From Paraspadella gotoi (lineage: Eukaryota; Animalia; Chaetognatha), in the NCBI GenBank assembly GCA_051294375.1, contig CM119263.1, forward strand, positions 7,736,635 to 7,800,634: 64,000 nt of DNA, in the 5' to 3' direction. Shown here piece by piece: positions 53,992 through 64,000 of the stretch. The notes below the pieces were generated by a model. The model did not search any database and had not been told where the DNA came from. It saw nothing but the letters and a program-made list of their open reading frames with translations. Within the stretch, counting starts at the first letter, position 1. The number at the start of each line of letters is the position of its first letter. Position numbers and translations under genes: made by a program.

Positions 53992-54619
53992 ACCGTCATC
54001 AGCGGCCTATTTGGTGCCGGAGGCCATCATATTCGTCCTCCCAACCAAAGGTCGGGTTCTGAGCCCGATGGATGCCTGGCAGTTAAGAGGGACGGGCGTT
54101 AACCCGCCTGTACCATGATCCGAAGCGCAGGGACTGCTGATATTGAACGGTTTCTGTCACAACATATAACAATAATTACTGTCTCTTATTGGTGAGCCTA
54201 AACTTCCAAACACAATAGCAACAACAACACTTTCAGACGACATGCCTCAACCTGGCGAGCTACTTTTCCACCCACAACACATCAGGCGACCCATGCCTCA
54301 ACTTTGGTGAAGAACTTTCCACCAAATAACAATTCACTGAAGAGACGCAACAGACTTCTCCCTCGGGAGGGGGGGATGTTATGGTGGACTAAAATCTACC
54401 AAACCATTCATCAGCGGCCATTGGTGCCGGAGGCAAGTCATTTCGCCTCCCAACCAAGAGGTCTGGGTTCTAAGCCCCGGTTGGTCCGCCTGGCAGTTAA
54501 GAGGGACGGGGCGTATTAACCCGCCTGTAACATGTGTTACAGCCTGATCCGAAGCTCAAGGGACTTCTTATATTGAACGGTTCTGTCATTAAACATATAA
54601 CAATAATTACTGTCTTTTA
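53992..54619 (+). mobile_element. Second TRIM family with tRNA-like head and twister-like motif in the LTRs (5' LTR truncated by N gap)
   Basis: Direct repeats 53992-~54188 and 54377-~54619; PBS TGGTGAGCC at 54190; PPT GGGAGGGGGGGA directly before TGTTA at 54377; B box-like GGGTTCTAAGCCC. Confidence 0.8.
54493..54567 (+). ncRNA. Twister-like ribozyme candidate in TRIM-2 3' LTR (damaged copy at 54079-54137)
   Basis: GCAGU UAA GAGG GA CGGG GCGUAU UAA CCC GCC UGUAACA-UG-UGUUACA G CCUGA UCCG AA GC UCA AGG; pseudoknot CGGG/UCCG; P5 GCAGU/ACUGC intact in the other copy. Confidence 0.55.
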
Positions 54620-56770
54620 ATATAATCTTACAATTTTTTTATTTTTTTTATTTTTTTTATAAAATTGATACAACTAAGATAAAACTTATCCATTTATTTA
54701 AAAATAAACTATTTTGACCTTAACTTTGGACAAGCTTTATAGTTTAAAGACACTTATCATATTTACAATATAACATAAACAGTCCTTCAAAATATTAATC
54801 AAAACTCTTAATTAATGTATCAAAAGATAAAATATATTTATAAAAAAATTAAGTTTTATAATTTTTAATACCATCTTTTTTGACATATGAATGGAAAATT
54901 CATCATTGAATAAATCCTCTAATAAACAATAATAATCTTTTTAATAATATTATTTAATTAAAATATATTAAAAAAGTTAAAATATAAAAACCATAAATAA
55001 TAGTTAAAAACAGTTGCATGTAACACATTTTTTTCCATCATGGTTACACACTGTGACACTAGAACAAGCGTCAAAATTCTGATAGATTTTTTCGTTTTGT
55101 CGGTGGCTGACGGCGGTCATCGCGGAACGGAAAATGAAAATTAAGAGAGCCCACAGAGAGACGATGAAAAAGTTTATGTTCGCGACGCCCCACCAAAATG
55201 TTTTCACATTTTTCCACAATGTCGATGGCGGGGATGGGCGACCTTGGCGGTGCAGAAAATAAATTAATAAAAAAAACACGCTGGCGAAGGAAGCAGGGTC
55301 GAGAAATTTCCATGGGTCAACTGTTAGAAAGTGATATTGAGACACGATAACACGAGAAATTTGGTTTGGAACGAGGACCTGATCCACGCATTAGATGATT
55401 AGGCGGTGGAAAAAATTCGAAACGACTAGTAGCGACGAGGAGCGACGAGTGCCTAAACAGCGAAAAACAGCGAAAACAGCGAAACCTGCATTAAATAATA
55501 AATTTCCACGATGAAACCAGAAAAAACTACAACCTTTGTTTCCGCCCAGATTTGGAAAGTTCAGACACTGGACTATCCAGATTCCAAATAATAATGGTAA
55601 GTTTAACGTCGTGCTTCAGGTGCAAATTAATGCCTCCATAAAAAGTTAGTTTAGGACTTTTTAATGAGAAATTTAAACAAAGCAAAAATAGCTAGCCTTG
55701 GCAAGACACTAAACAAATATATCTGTATTGTCGACGAGTTCTCTTTTTAGTATGACGCTAGACAGTGCAGATTAACTTGACATAAATTCATTAAATGTAG
55801 TATTATGTTTTACTGGCTTTGTTTCATATCAAGACCGTTTACCAATTTTTTTGTTCCGCAAAGAAGATACCTAGGACGTTGAGGTTCAAAATACTAATAA
55901 CACTTTTAATTTATTTGTTGATCAGGTGCAAATATGTGAAAATATAGCAATGAACGGACATTTTTCGAAGTAGTAGACCGGTTTTAAAATGCTCAATTGT
56001 ACCAGGACCATTATTATAGCTTTTTGCATTAGAAATAAGTCAACGATTGTTCTTAGAGTAGGAAACTTGTAATAAATTTAAAAATATTCTTTAGGATTCT
56101 ACAGTAAGTATTGAAAAACGGAGACCAAAATCAAAGGAAAACCGCTCGTCGGAGTAATCGTTTAAAAATGGCTTTAAATACTACTAAACTATTTCTGGTA
56201 TTTATGTTGTTCCACCGACTTTAGATACTAAAAACCATGTACTATCAAAAACCATTCGTAGTTGGCGAAAGTATTTAAAAGCGCTACTGTGTGCAACTTT
56301 TTTCTAGAACCAAAAAAGCTGAAAAAAATTTCGATCGCTCGAAATTTTTTTCTTCGCGAAGCGGACATATCTAAAAACACAAAAAAAAAAAGCGAGCCAT
56401 CTGTGAATCCCTCCCAGATTCTTTCTAATTAAAAGACACTTAAACTTTTTCTTTCTTTTCACATTGACAACAAAGATTCTTTTGCCCAGAAAATTCATTG
56501 ATTCCTTTCACCTGGCGATTAATCTGGTGCAGCCAGATAGACCATCCGCACTTTTTGAAGTTTAAGACGTCGTCGTAGTCGTAGTCGTCTCGCGTTTCTT
56601 AGCGACCCGGATGTCGCAGCCCTGGCGACCCGGATAAAAGAGAGGATACTGTTCAGTGTTCACTGGGGTTTTCATGAAAAGATAGGGCGAAGTAAAAGAC
56701 CTTTTTATGGGATGGTGAATAAAAAGGTGTTGTTATCTCTATTTTATTTCGTCTCTCATCTCTCTCTCTC

Positions 56771-56811
<41 letters not shown>

Positions 56812-59800
56812 CTCATGACCCAGGGATTCCGCATTTCCCCAATACATTTATAAAAATAAAAACCTCACTTCCCGCACTGAAAAAAGGCGGCAGCCGTCAA
56901 AAGTCAAATAAATCAGGTGCAAATTATCTCCAGGGGACCAAAAGATGAAAATGGGATTAAAGAAAAAAAGAGAAAAAAAGGATAAAAAAGACCAAAAGAA
57001 GATGAAAATAGGGAGTGAGCTCTGGTCCGCTGTGGTCCCTTTTCTTCGGTCTCTTCGGCGTTTCATTAGTCGTCGTCGTCGTCCCTTTTGTCGGCCGCGT
57101 CTTCCCTTTTGAACGTCGCGATTCGTCAGTCGTTCGATGCGCGGACGACGGCGGCCGACAACTCGCCGACTCTACCAGGCGTCGGCTTCTTGGAGTCCAT
57201 GGTGAGATTTTGAAACGGTGAGGTCGTTCATCATCGCAGTTTGATGGTGACGTTGTGATAAAGCGAGCCCGTTTAGCTCAGAATGGGGTTGTGAGTTATA
57301 CAGTTTAAATTTCGTGAGATACTAATCTCATCGGCTAATTTCAGAAAAATTTAGAATGCTGAAATAAACTTGATGAACTTTTAATTTTGGAAAAAGGTAT
57401 CAAAAATAATTACTATCATATTTACAGAATTGTGTGTTTGTGATAAGACTTTCTTTTTGTTGCGTTAAAGGATTGAAGAAAAAAAAAAGTTTATTATGGC
57501 GTGCATGTTTTGACTCTTATTTTTCGATTCTTCATCAGGGCTGTTAGTAAAATAATGTATAGTCGGGATATCTCGGAAACAGCTGCAGTAGTAGTAGAGC
57601 TGGGATTAGTTCCGTCATGTAATAGAAAGTTTTGTTTACATTTTAGAAATATATCTTGACAATATATGCGAAGTAAACTGTAAAGGTGATGAGATAAGCT
57701 TTTAGTGATGACATCGGTGATGTTGCGAAATAAAGAAAGCATAAAGGGCGGACGTAGATACGGAAAGTCTTTGAGGACGAACTGACAGATCGATGGTGAC
57801 GTATTGAAAAACTAAGGACATCAGCTGACGGACGGATAATGAATAAGTGCAAAGGAAAAGCCGACTATGGTGGGGGTACTTGCGGGCCAGTGACAAAGGC
57901 GAGGCCTATGGAGAGGCGGAGCCTGACCCGGCCAAAGGTAAGGTTTCTGCCAGGCGGCCGGTTCCATTTGACCGAGAGTCTAATGGTGTCTTCTTCGTGA
58001 AAGACACCGACAAACCTTTAAACACTATTTTTTCTTTTGGCAAAATCGTCAAAATCTGAGTTTCTTTTTTTTTTATGGGCAGGAAGAGAGAGAGAGAGAG
58101 TGAGAGAGTGATAGAAATATAAAGAAAGAGACCAAGAAAGAAAGAGATAACAGAAAGAAATCGACTCAAAGAAATCAAAAGACTATAGATCAAAAGAAAG
58201 AAAGGAGATAGAAAAGAAAAAATCTTAAAAAATAGATGACGAAGAAAATAGGGAAAATGAGGAAAGAGGACAAATGGCAGATATCAAAGTAAAGAATAAA
58301 AGAAAGGAAGGCAAGAGAAGCGGAGGAAGGAATACAAAGAAAAGAATTCCGGAAAGGAAGGAAGGAAGGAAGGAAGGAAGGAAAGGAAGGAAGAAGGAAG
58401 GAATAAAAAAGAAATATGAAAAAAACTGCTTCATAGTGGATTTCAAATCGTGGGGATGCTAAGAGAGAGTAAAGAGAGAGAGAGAGAAGACGAGGAGGAG
58501 TGAGAAGAGAGAGAGGGAGAGAGAAGCGAGAGAGAGAGAGAGAGAGCAGGAAAAAAAAAGTCTTTGAATAGAGTTATTTGCATCAACATAATCGAGCCAA
58601 AAGATCTCGAGCAGGCATCTCGCCTGGCGCGAAAAAAAAAAATACTTCGTGTTTCCTAAAAAAACGAATTTAATGGTTCTTTATGCGGGAAATTTTTTTC
58701 GCTTCGAAGGAGACGTTTTTCGCCGGCAGATGATTTATGAAAAAAAAAAATAGTAAAAAAAGGTACACGCCAATTTTAGGAAAAAAATTGGAGAAAAGTA
58801 GCTCCAATACCAATCCGTACTACTCAGTATTGCAATTTTTCGGTTAAATTTTTTTAAGAGGGAAGGGAAGTGGCCGATATGTCCCTGGCCAGTTACGTTG
58901 AACGTTAACATTAACTAACGTTAATTTCTTTTTTCCTGCTAAATGCGGGAATAAGAAGCTGTTCTGATGATAATTTTAACATAGGCTGTGTTACTCCACG
59001 ATAGCTAATATTAATATAATATAATACCTTAAATTATAATACTAATGATGCGGATTGCTGACCAAGAGACAATTGTAAGAAGTAATGGTTCGGAACGGGA
59101 TGATTTCTGAGATTCCACTGTAGCCCATCAGAAAGGTTGGATTTAGATAGGGCGGGCGAAAGCTACGAGGAGGAACTAATAAGGGGGAGGCATAGACCCC
59201 GCTGCGTTCCTCGTTGCGTTCCTCCGGAAGCTTAAAAATTACCTTGGACAGAAGGCGAATCGTCGTACTGAATCCTCGATCTACGGGTGACATGCGTGAT
59301 GTCCATGAGTCACAGGGCCTCAATGGGTTATGCGTCGACATCGCAGCGAAAGCCGTCATCGGACGGCCGGGACGGCACTCGCGTAAAATTGAATATCATA
59401 TCTCTACTCTTCCTATAACTCCTACTCTCTCTGTCGATCCTCCTCTCACTCCTCTCTCTCCTTTCTCTCTCTCTCTCCGTCTCTCTCTTCTCTCTCTCTT
59501 CTCTCTCTCTCTTCCTCTCTCTCTCATCCCGCGTCAGCGAACCGTTGACAGCGGCCGCGGGCCCGCTAACAGTTTCATAAACCGGAGAAAGGGGTGCAAA
59601 GTTGATATGGATGCCCACAGAACGGACCCGCCGAAGATTTTCGCGGAGAAGACTCGGCAGCGATTGGTCACGTCACGACGATCATCGTCGTTTCGCCGCC
59701 GTTCGTCTCGTAGTCTTCGTCGCTGTCGTCGTCGTCGTCTCGTCGTTCGATATGCAATCCAGCGTTTTGCGTATATTGGAACCGGAGATGGACGAGGGTT

Positions 59801-61376
59801 TAAAAAATTTCGAGATCGGTATCTAAGGAGAGTAGTTGCATGGCCTGGGGGCCACTCGTAGCGGGAGAGAGAGGGGGGGGGAGTCAGTATGAGGGAATGT
59901 TGGGGAGTCGTTTCCGGGGGGAGCGGGAGGAAGGGGGCCGTGATAGGCGGGGGGAAGTCCAGAGACCTCGAGGGAAGAAACCCGAATCAGATTACTCGGG
60001 AAGAGAAAACACTATGGACTTGGACGTAGCGAAAAAATTGGAAATTTAAATTTTTGTGTTCAAAGCAAGAAACGGAATTGAACATTGATTCAGTCGAAAG
60101 AGTCGCCGGTTCACAGGTTTTCGGAGGGAAGTGCGTCGGGGAGACTTCGGGGGACCCAAAAACGGGAACATACATAACTAGTCTCTCCTCTCCAATCTCT
60201 GTCTTGTCTAAGTTTCTTCTTCTGTCTCACTCTCTTCACTCCTATGTTTAACTTTCGTGTTTCTCTTCTACCTTGCAATACTGCAGTTCACGGTTTTTTT
60301 TTTTTCGTTTGAACCTGCAGAGCAAAATTGTCAAAAGGTGAAAATAATTGGTTCTAGGGTTGCTGATCAACGCGTTGACCAGTGACCAGTGACCACCACG
60401 ACCCCTAAAAACAGGCATCGTTCCTTTGACCAATATACCCAAGCTTTCTCAATCCTCCGTCCTCTTCTCAAACCCCCTCACCCTTCATTCGCCTTCTCGC
60501 TTAATTACCTTTCATCTCACCCGACCTACATTCATAACAAAAACAAAACAAACCCTTCTCGCCTCCAGCGACGTTGGTTGCTTCATTCTCAATCGCCTCT
60601 ACGTTAATGATCGGCGCCGCTTAAGACTTTTAAACGGGCCTCAATATCGGATAATCGATCGAGAAGAATTTCGTTATAAAAAGAAAGGCATCTTTGATTC
60701 GTCGAATGATTTGTTGATTCGTGGGGCGACGATCGCATCTTTCGCAAATCTTCTTCTTTTTCTCTCTTCTTTTTCATATTAACGGAAATCAACAACAAAG
60801 CAGTAAAGCTCTCTCGACTCTTATACCGCGAAATTTCGAGCACGCGATTTAATAGGACAACCTGCCCCCCCTCCGTAAAAAAAAAAAAACGGAAAGCGAA
60901 TTTTTCATATTTTGATTACAAAACAAACGGGCGTGTCTTGGAGCGAGTGGGGGCGGCAACGAATATCAACAAATTTGACATTAAATTTATCGATAACCGA
61001 GTTCGAAATAGGTTACAATCTTTTTTAAGGTCTGTGACTGAGGAGGAGTAACACAAGGCTCGAACGTATTTTTTTATTTAAGAGATTGATGGAGGTTGAC
61101 TTAATATTGTTAATATTTTCAACTCTAAATTCTCATGAGGTTGTCCAATAACTTTTTTGTATTAAAAAGATTTGACATTAATTTAAAATCGTTACTCGTC
61201 TCCTCGATTTATGTCTCTTCTTTCTGGACGGAAACCTCCTCCTCCTCCTCCTCCTCTCTTTATCCTCCTCTTATAATAATTCTTCTCCTTTTTATCTGTT
61301 TTTGTCTGTTTTATCTGCTTCAGAATATCCAACCAGCATTTTGGAAGCATCTGAAAGGCATCACAACTTCTCTCTC

Positions 61377-61468
<92 letters not shown>

Positions 61469-64000
61469 GCGGTCTTTCTCTCTCTATTTCCCCGGGGACT
61501 AAGGGCCTTTCGCGACCGAAGTGGCGGACGAACGGAGCAAAAAAGAAAGAAAAGATTGCATCTTAAAAAAAAACAATTATCTATTGTGTTGCGTTTTTCG
61601 ACCGCCGCGTCTGATTCTGTCCCTGAGGCTGCTGCCACAGCCGCTGCCGTTGCGGAAGAGGCTGCTGCGGCCTCTGCGGCCCCCCCGGACCCGAGGGGGA
61701 CGGGCGGGGAAATAGAATCAACTTCATTCGCCGGATTTTGACAAAATCCGATTTTTTTTCTCAATCAACAAAACGACGACAATGACGACGACCACGACGA
61801 CGACTACTATGTACTATGATGACGACGTAAATGACGACCGTAACTTTTATGAAAATGATAATTACATTTAGGAAATGACAATGACAACGATGACAAGGCC
61901 GAAGACAATGATTTAGATGTAACTGACTACAGCTAAGAAATAAATTGAAAATTACATAAATATATTGCTTACTTAAATAAATTACTTAATTAATACATTA
62001 ATATTGATAATTATTAATTAACTTATTAAAGAAACGTTAATAATTGTCCATGCGACGATGAGGACAGCAATGACAATGCGACGAAGAGATAAACGACATA
62101 GAAGCTGAATAAAGAGACTCGTTACGACGACGACGACGACCGACGGACGACGACGAAATCCAAGAATTGAACAAACGAAAACGGTCGCTTCTCCCGGCCG
62201 CTCGCGAGCGGCGAGAGCCGAAGCGACGAATTGCGCCGGCAAAACGGATTCTCCCCCCCTTCTCCCCCCAACTCAATTCAACGATTTGTTGCAGGAAACA
62301 CCATAGGCATCCATTGGGCATTCGGTTTGGGCATCCGAAACGGGCATCCAATGGGCATGAACGCCTGATAACGTTGCGGGAGGGAGAACCATGGAGCTGA
62401 AGAGAGAACGAGAGAGAGAGAGAGAGAGATGAGAGAGAAGAGAGAGAGAGAGAGAAGAGTAAGAGAGAGAGAGAGAGAGAGAGACATAATAAAAAAACAA
62501 AGTGACCAAAGAGTAGCCTGCGATTCAGTTTTAAACTTTTGTTTAACTATCTGAACTAAAAAAAAAAAGTTGTCGAAAGATTAAGTAAAGGAATTCGTTT
62601 GAGAGTTATAAGCACACGTGACACCTACCATATCCGTGAAGAGAAAAGAGAGGCATTCAGAAATTAGATTATGTGAAACGTTAATAAAAGAATATGGAAT
62701 TGAAGATATTTTTTTCTATAAAAGTTAAAGCGATAGAATAACGTATGGATCAAACTTCACTATAAAACTTACAATAATGAACGATTCTATAATTGTGTGA
62801 TTTTGTTTTTTTCATAATCCCGTCTTAGGCCAGAAAAAAGCTGTCATTTTCGGTTAAAATATCTGATTTGCGATTGACTAATCGCTATTTCTGCTTTTCT
62901 TTAATTACTTCTTCGTTTGAGTTACAAATTAGTTATTGCGAGGAACTAAAAGGCGTAACAACCTTTAAAAAAAAACAAACAAAAGCGACAATCCTTTTTT
63001 TTCTCTTCTTTTTTTCGTTTGTATCAATTTTTTCGCGTTGATCGATGCTCTTTTGTCGCGTTACCCTGTTTCTGTTTGGGTTAGCGTCGGGGACGTGAGC
63101 TCGGAATAAAAAGTTATTTCTCGAGACGCAGAATCGGATTGAAAATTTGTTATTCGGAATCGATTAATTGCATAAAAAGTTCGATGTCCATTTATTCGCC
63201 GATTGTTACGCGCATAAATGTTCTTAAAAAGGGATTTCCGTCCGTTAAGATCGGAGATCACGTGACTTATTTTTCACCCTCGATTCGTTTTTCGATCCTC
63301 ACCGTTCATTCGAAAATACGTTGCCTCGCTCGCTATCCCTTGCCTCACTGCTATCCCTTGCCTCACTCGAAATTCGTTACCCCTCATTCGCCTATCGTGT
63401 CGCCCGCTATCTCTTGCCTCACTCGCCGATTGTCGGCGACCGATCGGATGAGTGGTCTGGCCGCCGGATAAACTGACCAGAGATACTCGGTCATTGAGGA
63501 ATCAGAGGCAAGGATAATTATCCCCCCAGATCGGATGACGCCCATGAAAGATTTTCACCCATCGGCGGAACTCTGGCACAAATATCAGGATGACTGGTTC
63601 CGCGTGGTCTTCGTCCGTCCAACTCAAGACTTCGCAACATTTATTTTTTCACCATGTCTCGTTTTTTCTCTCTTTCTGACCGATTCTATTATTTTTTTTT
63701 TTTTTTTAAATTTGACCTCGCGGTTTTTTTTTATTTTTTATTAATTACCAAAAAACAGTTATCGAAAAATCAGAACAGTATCAGTGTAAAAGACTAGAGA
63801 GCGGTAAGCAAGTAAAAACTAAACAATTAAAATTCAACGAAAACAAAAGACACTAACGTTTAAATGGACTCATGAATAAAATGTTATGAACTAATTCATA
63901 AGAAAACTATAAATAATAAACGTTTCAAGATACGTTTCAAAAATTCATAATTTTTAATATGAATGGATAATTTTATATTGTTGTACCAATTCATAAAAAG

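Larger units (their letters stand above)
53048..62485. repeat. Further (GA/CT)n and (GAC/GTC)n microsatellite tracts
   Basis: Tracts at ~53048-53100, 56755-56810, 58465-58548, 59440-59525, 61368-61450, 61775-61830, 62401-62485. Confidence 0.9.

Noticed and set aside
57264-57285. tRNA-like GCCCGTTTAGCTCAG
   Set aside because: Only the A-box half is present; no B box or 3' arm follows.
57700-57930. Possible second RLE-type retrotransposon fragment (RPSADVL...IDLSV)
   Set aside because: Too degenerate to support without a profile search.
1-64000. CRISPR arrays or prokaryotic operons
   Set aside because: Eukaryotic intron-containing DNA; no repeat-spacer array seen.

Overview
Invertebrate animal genomic DNA (spliceosomal GT-AG introns, draft assembly with N gaps). 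Bases 1-29 kb are gene-dense: an ARHGAP18/28/40 (Conundrum)-type RhoGAP, nanos, an uncharacterised gene, a goliath/RNF150-type PA-TM-RING ligase, a single-pass SUEL-lectin/mucin-stalk membrane protein, Rab33 and an AHCY with a Glu-to-Gln change at an active-site position. From about 31 kb the window is microsatellite-rich and gene-poor apart from a nearly intronless papilin-like gene. The most notable signal is non-coding. Two miniature LTR retroelements (TRIMs; 41303-41991 and ~53992-54619) and two probable solo LTRs (13.2 kb, 29.6 kb) carry, inside the LTR, a tRNA-derived Pol III promoter followed immediately by a covarying, circularly permuted twister-ribozyme-like fold. These are candidate Pol III-driven animal LTR retrozymes predicted to release a ~405-417-nt RNA monomer. 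Structure was assigned by eye and ribozyme activity is untested.
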